A stretch of 46,181 nucleotides of DNA from IMG/VR virus record IMGVR_UViG_3300022692_000007; one strand, given 5' to 3'. The position numbers and the translations under genes were made by a program. The notes below the pieces were generated by a model that was given only the letters and a program-made list of their open reading frames with translations, did no database searches and was not told the origin of the DNA. The first letter of the stretch is position 1. Each line of letters opens with the position of its first letter. This document shows positions 37,679 through 46,181 of this stretch, piece after piece. This DNA is from a virus.

Positions 37679-38828
37679 AAGTTTTTACAATCTCATTGGA
37701 GATGAAATCTCTCGTGAAAGCATTGTAGAGCGAATGATAGAATATTACAAAGAAAAGTTAGAAGTAGGTGAAACAAGAGTAACTGATTTTAACGAAGGTT
37801 CAGAAATCAGAAACCTTTTAGAATCAATTGCTGTTGATTTATATGACTTGATGGAAGATAATTATGAAGCAACAAAAATTGCTTTTATATCTTCTGCCTA
37901 TGGTGAATGGCTTGATTTACATGGTGAAAATCCACTAATCAATCTTCCACGTGATACAGGATCAGAGGCTGCAGGTTTTGTAACCTTTTCAATACCTGAT
38001 GTTAGAACAGTTGATATTATCATTCCTGAAGAAACATTGCTTGTTTGTGAGGATAATGATTTGGAATATATTACAGATTCTGAAGCTGTTATTATTGCTG
38101 GAGATACAAGTGTTGATGTTTATTGTACCTGTTTAACTGTTGGCGAAGATGGGAATTGTCCGGCAAATACAATTACAATGATTGATGATGATACTGTTGA
38201 GGATACTGTTGAGGTAACAAATGCTGAGGCTTTTAGTGAAGGTACGGATTATGAGGAAGATGATGAATACCAGGAAAGACTTTTAAGTGCCATTAGAATT
38301 GATAACTTTGGAAGTATTGGCTATTATCAGGATTTAGGTAATAATATTGATGGAGTTCATGATATTTATTTAATTGATGATGAGACCTATACTCGCAAAA
38401 TCCTTGTTAACGGTTATGAAAAACCTGTTTCTGAAGAGGTTTTAGTTAATGTCCTGCAGGAATTCACAAGACCGGAAAATATCGTTTTAGGGCATCGCTT
38501 TATAGTAGACGTTCCTGAATACATTGTCTTGAATCTGAATTTGGAGTTGGTGGTTGAATATGAGTTTGAAGATGAATTAATCATGAATAGGTTGCAATCA
38601 TTTTTCAATGGTGGCATAACAGATGATGGATTTGATTTTGAAGGATTTTCAATAGGACAAAGCTTAAATGAAAACATTTTTTATTCAGCCTTAGAAAGTT
38701 TAGATGGAGTTTTAAGAGTTTCGGCCACCATTCTTGATGATGATTCTAATTTAAGTTCAATTACAGTTAATAATAATGAAGTAATTAAACTTGGTGAGGT
38801 ATCAATTAATAAAACTTTAAGTGATTGA
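37641..38828 (+). CDS. Baseplate J-like protein (start may be TTG 37662)
   Basis: EGSEIRNLLE, AYGEWLDLHG, G+E+D+EY+ERLL and GSIGYY motifs. Confidence 0.85.
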   Translation: MKRMVKSLPIENESFYNLIGDEISRESIVERMIEYYKEKLEVGETRVTDFNEGSEIRNLLESIAVDLYDLMEDNYEATKIAFISSAYGEWLDLHGENPLINLPRDTGSEAAGFVTFSIPDVRTVDIIIPEETLLVCEDNDLEYITDSEAVIIAGDTSVDVYCTCLTVGEDGNCPANTITMIDDDTVEDTVEVTNAEAFSEGTDYEEDDEYQERLLSAIRIDNFGSIGYYQDLGNNIDGVHDIYLIDDETYTRKILVNGYEKPVSEEVLVNVLQEFTRPENIVLGHRFIVDVPEYIVLNLNLELVVEYEFEDELIMNRLQSFFNGGITDDGFDFEGFSIGQSLNENIFYSALESLDGVLRVSATILDDDSNLSSITVNNNEVIKLGEVSINKTLSD

Positions 38829-38841
38829 ATAGGTGATTTAC

Positions 38842-39306
38842 ATGTCTGAATATGGAGAGGAAATTCTTGAAAGATTATCTGAAAATTCAAGTTTAAAATC
38901 AGCTAATAATCCTGCTCGAAAAGTTATTATGAATACTCTCGGAGAATGGCTGGACAATTATGATGATAATTTTGAAAATTTGTTTTTAAATGAATCTGTA
39001 GGTGAATATATAGACTGTCATGGCCGGGAATATGGAGTTTATCGAAAACTCAATGAATCTGATGAGGATTATAAAAAAAGAATAATTTATCAAATTTTAG
39101 GTCATTTAACAGCTGATTATTTGATTGATATTTATAAAGTGAATTTATATGTGAATATTCCAAATTACAATCCCAACAACAATGAATTGACAAGTGACAA
39201 TCATTATATTAATGATGAAAATGGCTTTATGGCTTTGGCTGATGAGGTAACAAGATCCATCTTAAATAAAAAATTTGTTTTGGGAAGTGGTATTCGATGG
39301 CTTTAA
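38842..39306 (+). CDS. Baseplate wedge protein (gpI / Mu gp48-like)
   Basis: GEYIDCHGREYGVYRKLNESDEDYKKRI motif. Follows baseplate J. Confidence 0.7.
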   Translation: MSEYGEEILERLSENSSLKSANNPARKVIMNTLGEWLDNYDDNFENLFLNESVGEYIDCHGREYGVYRKLNESDEDYKKRIIYQILGHLTADYLIDIYKVNLYVNIPNYNPNNNELTSDNHYINDENGFMALADEVTRSILNKKFVLGSGIRWL

Positions 39307-39497
39307 GTGAATACTTCACAGATGAAGATCTGATTAGTCAGTTAAGATTACAATTTGAATGGGAAGAAATGTGGGACATTGATTTTACCACAATTTTTCA
39401 ATCCATCGAAGATATGGGAGATTATTTTAGTTTGAATTTCAGAAATCGTGTTTTTCACATTGATAAAATAACTGGGATTGTTGTTGAGGTGGAATAA
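39297..39497 (+). CDS. Small hypothetical tail-region protein (66 aa)
   Basis: Translationally coupled on both sides. Confidence 0.55.
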   Translation: MALSEYFTDEDLISQLRLQFEWEEMWDIDFTTIFQSIEDMGDYFSLNFRNRVFHIDKITGIVVEVE

Positions 39498-41234
39498 ATG
39501 AGCTTTTTAACTGTTGAAGATGTTAATAGTGTTAATTTAAATCACATTAACGAATATTATGAGCTGGATACCGGAAAAATTTCACAACAGGAATTTAGGA
39601 ACGTCTTATATGATTTTTGCATTGTCTCTCATACAATTAACGGTTCTGAGCATACATTTACTTTTGAAGTACACAATAGCTTATGGCAAGGTAAATGTTA
39701 TTTTAGAAAGTCCGACGGAAGTCTGATTAATCGAACCTCAACTAATAATAATTATAATAATGGGGTCATTACTTTAATAACGGAAGAATCAAGTGTTAAA
39801 TTATATTTGTACTTATGTAGTTTTACAACATCTTTTAGTTACAGTATGGCAGATTTGGTTACTCTTGACGACTATTCAACAATTATTTTTACTAAAGCTG
39901 ATGAAGGCAAAAATGTTACTATTTATAGTAGATTTTTATCTAATGGCAATAGACAGGCTGCTGGAACGGTTACATTAAATTCAGGTGTCAATTACATTTC
40001 AGGAACTATAAAAGAGTATATTCTTTGTTTATTAAAAAAAACAGACCTTATTTATAATTTAGATAATGATGTTACTGTAGGTATTGTAAATAACGTACCT
40101 TTGAATGTTGATACTGATTATTTGCCTGGTGGGAATTTAGTCGATGAAGAATTACTTGATATTATTGTTAAATATAATGATATTGAAATTCCTGTTTATT
40201 ATGATGAAAATATTGATGATTATTGCTTTGATTTGGATTTAACTAATAAACGAGACAATAAACCTGTAAAATTAGAAATAATAGTGAATGAAATCGATTT
40301 AATAAATAATAGTATTGATAATGTTATTTTAAATTGTAATTATTCATCTGCAAGTAGTTATGAGGAATTGCAAAGTACTATAGTTTCAGGTGCTGAGATT
40401 ATAGAATTGGCCGGTGACATTACTTTAAACAATAATTTGATTATCCCTCATAATTTATTGATTTTAGCAAATAATCATAGCATTTATCTGGGTTCTCATA
40501 ATATTCAAATCCCAAATAATGTTTCTTTTGAAATAGATGGTGGAAACTTCTTTAATGGAATAAATTGCTTTAATCAAAAAATTAATAGTAAATTAGTTTT
40601 GAAAAACTGTAGATTTAATAATGCAACAATTAGCGATAACTACAAGGGAAGTGTGATATCAGCTGATTATGATGGAATTGATGATAGCATTATAACAGAA
40701 TTGATTGGCTGTACCTTTATTAATTGCCATCATACCATTTATCATGGTGGTGAATTAACCATTAAAAATTGCAAAGCATTATTCAATAGTTTTAATGATG
40801 CTGTTGATACGGATTATCCAGCATTTCTAACAGCTTATGATGGTACAGTTGAGATAACAAATTCTACTTTTGACATTGATTATGACATTGATAATTTATG
40901 TGATAATGGTGTTGATATTAAGTTTGCAGAAGCATTGGTGGGATTAGGTGAAAATACAGTATTTAATGGAGCCACCACCAATCAATTGAAGTATAATAAT
41001 AGCTTACCATTCTTTGAATCTTCTTTCAATAATAAAAGCCATATTTTTGTCAAATATTATTATCCTCAAATCAACGCATGTGTTATCTCAAGTCCGGTTT
41101 TAGGAAAAGAGGACTCTTCAGTTTGTCACATGATTTTAGGTACTGATTGGGTTTACAAGAATAATGTTCAAGTAACTCGATTAAGTTGGCAAAGTGAAAA
41201 TGATGTTCGCAAAATTGAGTGGAGGGATATTTAA
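39498..41234 (+). CDS. Tail fibre/spike-like protein with parallel beta-helix region
   Basis: SSYEELQSTI...IELAGDITL onset and NCRFNN/GCTFINC/NCK/NSTF repeats resemble the beta-helix of Methanobacteriales adhesins. Confidence 0.6.
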   Translation: MSFLTVEDVNSVNLNHINEYYELDTGKISQQEFRNVLYDFCIVSHTINGSEHTFTFEVHNSLWQGKCYFRKSDGSLINRTSTNNNYNNGVITLITEESSVKLYLYLCSFTTSFSYSMADLVTLDDYSTIIFTKADEGKNVTIYSRFLSNGNRQAAGTVTLNSGVNYISGTIKEYILCLLKKTDLIYNLDNDVTVGIVNNVPLNVDTDYLPGGNLVDEELLDIIVKYNDIEIPVYYDENIDDYCFDLDLTNKRDNKPVKLEIIVNEIDLINNSIDNVILNCNYSSASSYEELQSTIVSGAEIIELAGDITLNNNLIIPHNLLILANNHSIYLGSHNIQIPNNVSFEIDGGNFFNGINCFNQKINSKLVLKNCRFNNATISDNYKGSVISADYDGIDDSIITELIGCTFINCHHTIYHGGELTIKNCKALFNSFNDAVDTDYPAFLTAYDGTVEITNSTFDIDYDIDNLCDNGVDIKFAEALVGLGENTVFNGATTNQLKYNNSLPFFESSFNNKSHIFVKYYYPQINACVISSPVLGKEDSSVCHMILGTDWVYKNNVQVTRLSWQSENDVRKIEWRDI

Positions 41235-43381
41235 TGTATTTTTCAAATATTACAAATGAAGAATTACAGCATTTTCATGGAATTGTTGGTGCAGACTTCA
41301 GTATGAGCTTAACAGATATTTTAACAAGTAATTTGTTTAAAGTTGAAACGGTTATTGTTGATAAAATTTATAGGGTGTATCCATTATTTTATTGCAGGGA
41401 GGTTATCAGCAGCAATGTAAATGACAAATTATTAGATACTAAATGTTTAATTTTACAAAAATCCAATCATGAAAGCTATTTATCTTTTATCACTAATTCT
41501 TCAAGGGATAATATAATTTTAAATGAAGATATTTTGAATATTAAAGATATAGGAGATATCTTAACAACAAATGATTTCAATGCTTTTGTTTATCGTTTAA
41601 GACAAATTGGAAGCTTAAAAGGAAATTTGAATTTTGAAGATGAAACCACTATTGCCGGAGTTTATGCAACATATGAGTTCAATAATATAGATGGACAATT
41701 AAGAAATGATTCTGGCATTATTGTTAATGATAAAGTTAAAAATAATCCTTTAACAGTTAAATTGACTAATCCATTCTTTTTAAATGCAAAATATACATTA
41801 AATTTCACAGTATTTTCAATTTCTGGAGCAAATGTTTGTGAAGAAAGTAAAGGTGATTTCATAACTAAAGACTCATTTAGTGTTGATTTGGTTGAGGATT
41901 CAGATGTTGCAATTCCTTTAGGAGATTATGTCAATGACAGTATTTTGGATTTTGATGTAACCGTCAGTATATCATTTGATGTTCCAGAAATAGTTAATAG
42001 TAACTTTATTTTGCTTTTAAATGTTGATAAAAATAGTATCAATATAGGTGATGAAATTAATCTAACTGCAAATTTGAACGGTGAGGATAATATTGCAAAT
42101 TATACAATCCAATTTTTTGAGGATAATGTTTTAATTGGCAGCCAATCAACCAACAATGAAGGTATTGCTTCTTTAACATTTACTCCAAGCGTTGTTGGTA
42201 ATCACATATATTCTGCAAAAGTACTTGGGTTGGCAAGTGAGGTTAATGTGGTAGTTAATAAATTGAATACTTCATTATCAGTTAATGTAAATAAGGACAG
42301 TATTGTTTACGGTGATGAAATTACCTTAAGCGGAACATTACTTATAGATGATGAGGCAGTTAATGGTTTAACTGTTAAATTGTATAACAATAACATTTTA
42401 ATTGACACTTTAACAACCGATAATTTGGGAAATATATCTGTTACTTTAAATAATCTTGATCCGGGAAACAATAATTTAAAATTGGTATATGAGGAAACAA
42501 ATGTTCATAAAACCTGTAATGCAAGTGTTAGTGTAATTGTTAAAATTCCTACTTATATTATGATACAACGCTACACTTCTCCACCAATCTATGCTGTTGA
42601 AACATCATATGAAACAGAAGGTATTTTATATAATTCTATTGATAACACGCCAATAGCAAATAAAACTGTCACTGTCAGGGAAAATGGTAGTAATAATTTA
42701 ACTTCACTCACCACTGATGAAAACGGTGTTTTTTATACAAGAAGAATATTGGCCAGTGGAAATAGAAGTTTAATTTTTAATTTTAATGGCGATACTTATT
42801 ATGATGCTTCTACAATAACTCACAGCTTCACTGTAATTAAGCACACTTCTGAATTTAGAGATGTTTCTATCAAAGCAAATACTATTTCTGGTTATTTAGT
42901 ACAATCTGAAACTAATAACCCTATTAAAAGAGCCCGCGTTGAAGTTCTTTTTGATACTAATTATGTTCATGGTTGTACCACTGATAATGAGGGTTATTTT
43001 GTTAATTCTCAACGTAATGCTGGTCAGGATTACAGCCCTAGAATTTGGAATAGTTTAAATTATGCTGGAGATTATTATAACAGTGCGTTAGAATTAGATT
43101 TGACTGAATTTGCTGTTTTAAGAACTACCAAAATATTAGATATAAGTCAAAATGATCCAAACGGAGAATATTTCAACCATGTTGGTAAATTAGTTGATGA
43201 TTTAGGAAATCCCATTCCAAATGCTACAATTAATATAACTCAAACTGTTAATAACTACAAATTCTCAAGAATTACCGATGAAAATGGCCTATTTACTGTA
43301 AATAGCACTATTGTTACAAGTCTTGAATGTGAATATATGGGAGACAATGGAATTGAAGGTTGTACTGGTAATGTAGTATAG
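41234..43381 (+). CDS. Tail fibre / receptor-binding protein with tandem Ig-like domains (715 aa)
   Basis: Repeats such as NVDKNSINIGDEINLTANL, NVNKDSIVYGDEITLSGTL and TTDENGVF. Confidence 0.65.
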   Translation: MYFSNITNEELQHFHGIVGADFSMSLTDILTSNLFKVETVIVDKIYRVYPLFYCREVISSNVNDKLLDTKCLILQKSNHESYLSFITNSSRDNIILNEDILNIKDIGDILTTNDFNAFVYRLRQIGSLKGNLNFEDETTIAGVYATYEFNNIDGQLRNDSGIIVNDKVKNNPLTVKLTNPFFLNAKYTLNFTVFSISGANVCEESKGDFITKDSFSVDLVEDSDVAIPLGDYVNDSILDFDVTVSISFDVPEIVNSNFILLLNVDKNSINIGDEINLTANLNGEDNIANYTIQFFEDNVLIGSQSTNNEGIASLTFTPSVVGNHIYSAKVLGLASEVNVVVNKLNTSLSVNVNKDSIVYGDEITLSGTLLIDDEAVNGLTVKLYNNNILIDTLTTDNLGNISVTLNNLDPGNNNLKLVYEETNVHKTCNASVSVIVKIPTYIMIQRYTSPPIYAVETSYETEGILYNSIDNTPIANKTVTVRENGSNNLTSLTTDENGVFYTRRILASGNRSLIFNFNGDTYYDASTITHSFTVIKHTSEFRDVSIKANTISGYLVQSETNNPIKRARVEVLFDTNYVHGCTTDNEGYFVNSQRNAGQDYSPRIWNSLNYAGDYYNSALELDLTEFAVLRTTKILDISQNDPNGEYFNHVGKLVDDLGNPIPNATINITQTVNNYKFSRITDENGLFTVNSTIVTSLECEYMGDNGIEGCTGNVV

Positions 43382-43392
43382 GAGTTGATTTA

Positions 43393-44307
43393 ATGGCTAG
43401 AGAACTAATTGATGAAATAATAACACTGATAAATAGTGAAGCTAATAACAATCCTCCACCAAAACCTTGCAAAATAATAAAAAATTATGATGGTGAACCT
43501 TACTGTGATGTTGCGGTTGAAGATTTAGGCATTTTAATTCATAAAAAAACTATTGGAACTGCTGAAATTGGATTGGAAGGTATTATTTGTTTTTTAAATG
43601 GGGATTTAAATGAAGGAATTGTAATTACTTCAACAATTATTGAAGAAGTTGATCTGTCTCCAATATTAAATGATTTGGCTGAATTAAATGAGACGAAATC
43701 GGATATTAATCATCTCCACAGCCAATATTTAACTGAACATCAGGATTTAAGCAATTATGCTAATAGGGCTGAATTAAATAACTCATTAGCTATGAAAGTT
43801 GGTTATGGCGATTTATTTGATTTGATTTATCCTGTTGGCAGTATTTATATGAGCGTTAATGAATTTAATCCGGCTCATCTCTTTGGAGGGATATGGGTTC
43901 AAATCAAAGATAAATTCTTATTGGCCAGTGGTGAGTCATATTCTAATGGTTCTAGTGGGGGTTCACCAGATTCTGTTGTGGTAGAACATAATCACGAGCA
44001 AAATCCACACACTCACACACAGAATTCTCATGCACATAGACCATCAAACAATAGTAATTTCTTAACAAGCAATGATAACATCGCAGTTAATGGAGATAGA
44101 AGAGCTTGGGCTTCAAAAGTGTCGAGTGGAGGTACTCATTATGTTTATAGTGGAGCAACAGGTGGTATTGATGAACCAGGATATACAAGTGGGACTGTTG
44201 CTGGAAACCAAAATACAACAGCTACAAACATAAAAACAGGTGTAAATGGAGCTGGTAAAAACATGCCACCATATTTGGCTGTGAATGTTTGGCAAAGAAC
44301 AGAATAA
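43393..44307 (+). CDS. Spike-like (gpV / Mu gp45 OB-fold) N-terminus fused to a YPVGSIY-type baseplate/fibre C-terminal domain
   Basis: N-terminal CKIIK...CDV...IGLEGIICFLNGD. C-terminal YPVGSIYMS...NP..LFGG.W...NMPPYLAVNVWQRT. Confidence 0.6.
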   Translation: MARELIDEIITLINSEANNNPPPKPCKIIKNYDGEPYCDVAVEDLGILIHKKTIGTAEIGLEGIICFLNGDLNEGIVITSTIIEEVDLSPILNDLAELNETKSDINHLHSQYLTEHQDLSNYANRAELNNSLAMKVGYGDLFDLIYPVGSIYMSVNEFNPAHLFGGIWVQIKDKFLLASGESYSNGSSGGSPDSVVVEHNHEQNPHTHTQNSHAHRPSNNSNFLTSNDNIAVNGDRRAWASKVSSGGTHYVYSGATGGIDEPGYTSGTVAGNQNTTATNIKTGVNGAGKNMPPYLAVNVWQRTE

Positions 44308-44329
44308 ATGAATAACGAGCTGATAAATT

Positions 44330-45316
44330 ATGGTAAAAACAAATGAAATTCAGTCAATGGCTGATAAAATCAAAAAATATGTAGAAAAAAACAAGAAAAT
44401 TCCAAGTTCTGTTAAAATAAACAATACAGAATATAGTAAAAATGAATGTTTATATGTGTTGTCATATGCTATAAACAATTTTAAAAAAGAAATTGCTGTA
44501 AAAGAAGTTAAAAAAGCAAGTAATCCTGTAAATACTACAATCAATGAAGATATTTATGAATCTGATTATAAGGATCAGGCCAAAAGATTATTTCAATTTA
44601 TAAAACAAAACGGCCAAGTTCCAAATTATATTAAATCTGTTAAATCCAAAAAAGAGATTAGTCCTGATTTGGAGTTATTTGCTTTTTCAAAAATCATTGT
44701 TTATTATAATGTACATAAGAGATTGCCAAATTATTGCAATTATAATTCCAATGATTTAAAGGCTGTTAAATCAAGTAAAAATAATTGCACTAATCCATAC
44801 AAATCATCTCCACATCCAACTTCTAAAGGTTGTGATGCTATGGGTCAAAATAATGGTTATTATTGTGCAGATGCTGCAATGCAACATTCACTTTATAAAT
44901 TTGGTATTAAAGTCTCTCAAAGCCAATTAGCAAAATGGGCCGGCACTACAACTTCAGGAACATCTCACGAAGGAATCCGTACAGCTATTGCAATGGTAAA
45001 TAAGAAATTTGGAGTTAACATTTCAGTTAAAGAAGTAAATTTCTCAGATATTGGAATTAAAGGTTTAGCTGAAATAATTTGTAAAAAGAATGTTGATGCG
45101 ATCATACATTTGTGTTATCGTTTAAAATGGGGACATTATGAGTCTATAAATGAAATTAATGTGAAAACAAATATGTTGAAGGTTTTAAACTCACTTGGAG
45201 ATAAATGCACAGGCAGCTGCTATTGCGGTTATGTTGAAGAAAGATCATTAGCTGTAGAAAAATCATACATCAGTGGAGTCAGTCAAAAATCCGTAATTAT
45301 TTTAACTAAAAATTAG
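44330..45316 (+). CDS. Endolysin: pseudomurein-binding repeats plus C39-type cysteine peptidase (PeiR-like endoisopeptidase)
   Basis: PMBR-like units (MADKIKKYVEKNKKIPSSV; QAKRLFQFIKQNGQVPNYI). C39 motifs GQNNGYYCA, SQSQLAKWAGTT.GTS, WGHY, VLNSLG. Confidence 0.85.
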   Translation: MVKTNEIQSMADKIKKYVEKNKKIPSSVKINNTEYSKNECLYVLSYAINNFKKEIAVKEVKKASNPVNTTINEDIYESDYKDQAKRLFQFIKQNGQVPNYIKSVKSKKEISPDLELFAFSKIIVYYNVHKRLPNYCNYNSNDLKAVKSSKNNCTNPYKSSPHPTSKGCDAMGQNNGYYCADAAMQHSLYKFGIKVSQSQLAKWAGTTTSGTSHEGIRTAIAMVNKKFGVNISVKEVNFSDIGIKGLAEIICKKNVDAIIHLCYRLKWGHYESINEINVKTNMLKVLNSLGDKCTGSCYCGYVEERSLAVEKSYISGVSQKSVIILTKN

Positions 45317-45324
45317 GTGATAAA

Positions 45325-45513
45325 ATGAATTTTATTGTTAAAAAAATTTATAGTATTTATTTAAATCAAAAACAAAGAGAAGTTTCCAATTTATATAAAT
45401 CTGAAGGATTAACTGATAGAGTATTGGAAAAACAAGCAAGAATTAATGAGAAAAGACACGAACTTGATTTGCCGGACAGGTATGAAATGCAATATAAAAG
45501 GTTTGTACAATGA
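45325..45513 (+). CDS. Small hypothetical protein (62 aa)
   Basis: AGGTGA RBS. Follows the endolysin. Confidence 0.6.
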   Translation: MNFIVKKIYSIYLNQKQREVSNLYKSEGLTDRVLEKQARINEKRHELDLPDRYEMQYKRFVQ

Positions 45514-45779
45514 ATGTTTTAGTTTTAATTAAGAAATTTGATGCTACACCGTTACAGCGTGAAGTACGTAGTGGTGGAGCTCATGGTGAGGTAATTAGTT
45601 TTTATAATGGAAGTAATAATAATGTTAGTTTTATTATAGATGATGTTGAGTATTCAAATATTGTCCAGGTTTGTATCATTTTTAAAGATTGGCAATATTA
45701 TATTTATATTCAACAAGGTGAAAATCCGAATTTAGTTAAGTTGAATGTAGCTGAAATTAGAAATATTAATGTAATTTAA
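45510..45779 (+). CDS. Small hypothetical protein (89 aa)
   Basis: ATGA overlap with the previous gene. Confidence 0.55.
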   Translation: MNVLVLIKKFDATPLQREVRSGGAHGEVISFYNGSNNNVSFIIDDVEYSNIVQVCIIFKDWQYYIYIQQGENPNLVKLNVAEIRNINVI

Positions 45780-45789
45780 AAAAAGAAAA

Positions 45790-45814
45790 AAATAAGGAAT
45801 AAAAATCCTTATTT
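45790..45814. terminator. Hairpin between convergent genes
   Basis: AAATAAGGA (45790-45798) / TCCTTATTT (45806-45814), with an A-tract (T-tract on the minus strand) beside it. Confidence 0.55.
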
Positions 45815-46181
45815 AAATTAATCCAAGTTTTTTAGCTGTCTTTTCATCAACCTTACCAGTCACTTTCAATCCTTTGTCCTTTTGGAACTCCTTGACTGAT
45901 CTTTCAGTGCAGCCTTTGAACTTACCGTCAACTTTAAGGTAGTGTCCTTTGTATGAAAGGTAGTATCCGTGGTCTTTTAGGGCCTGTTGGATTTCCTTAA
46001 CTGTGGATTTGTCCTTGCTTCCTTTGGATACTGTCTTGAAGGTTACAATGACTTTAATGTTGGCTTTTTTGGATACCTTGTTGTAGTATTTGTTTCCTTT
46101 ATATGTTATTGTTGCCTTGAAGGTTCCTTTCTTTTTGAGATTTTTGATTTTGAAGACTGCTTTGCCTTTGCTGTTTGTGGT
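45813..46181 (-). CDS. 3' end of an adhesin-like protein with C-terminal PG_binding_1-like domain (partial, runs off the window)
   Basis: Read by hand: TTNSKGKAVFKIKNLKKKGTFKATITYKGNKYY...VKEIQQALKDHGY...KVDGKF...VKEFQKDKGLKVTGKVDEKTAKKLGLI*. Confidence 0.8.
   Translation of the reverse strand, partial: TTNSKGKAVFKIKNLKKKGTFKATITYKGNKYYNKVSKKANIKVIVTFKTVSKGSKDKSTVKEIQQALKDHGYYLSYKGHYLKVDGKFKGCTERSVKEFQKDKGLKVTGKVDEKTAKKLGLI

Larger units (their letters stand above)
10419..45779 (+). mobile_element. Head-tail (Caudoviricetes) provirus with contractile tail, Methanobacteriales host; boundaries approximate
   Basis: Complete, correctly ordered morphogenesis module from terminase to endolysin. 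Sheath plus baseplate J indicate a myovirus-like tail. Pseudomurein-binding repeats in the endolysin. No integrase or att site seen, so the ends are uncertain. Confidence 0.9.

Noticed and set aside
39498-44307. Diversity-generating retroelement targeting the fibres
   Set aside because: No reverse transcriptase and no TR/VR near-duplicate with adenine-specific differences seen in the window.
1199-44544. Numerous 60-140 aa ORFs antisense to or nested in long genes (e.g. 1199-1534, 4247-4528, 14658-15017, 26178-26492, 31702-32124)
   Set aside because: Shadow ORFs of real genes: no RBS, and composition mirrors the opposite strand.
1-46181. CRISPR array
   Set aside because: No regularly spaced 25-40 bp repeats. 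The three 21-bp repeats are promoters about 0.9-1.5 kb apart.

Overview
Very AT-rich window that reads as a Methanobacteriales (probably Methanobrevibacter-like) chromosome segment. The host call is inferred from pseudomurein-binding repeats, adhesin-like proteins, TTTATATA boxes and GGTGA/GAGG ribosome-binding sites. Most of the window (about 10.4-45.8 kb) is a head-tail provirus with a contractile tail: terminase, portal, head morphogenesis protein, XkdF-like protease/scaffold, HK97-type capsid, neck, sheath, tube, chaperone, tape measure, baseplate, adhesin-like fibres and a PMBR+C39 pseudomurein endolysin. The left 10 kb holds type I R-M genes (hsdM plus a truncated hsdS), a PD-(D/E)XK/DUF5655-type nuclease, hypothetical genes and an adhesin. 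No integrase, replication gene or att site is visible. Best leads: (1) a tightly coupled radical SAM - ParB-like - TGT/DpdA-like - YhhQ transporter module, a candidate 7-deazaguanine DNA (hyper)modification system with no precursor-synthesis genes in the window; (2) a CCC-TAA +1 frameshift site that would add an Ig-like domain to the major capsid protein, plus a probable -1 chaperone frameshift; (3) a tail hub fused to two candidate cell-wall hydrolase domains; (4) a block of small orphan genes driven by three copies of one 21-bp promoter. All family assignments are by motif recognition only; no database searches were run.
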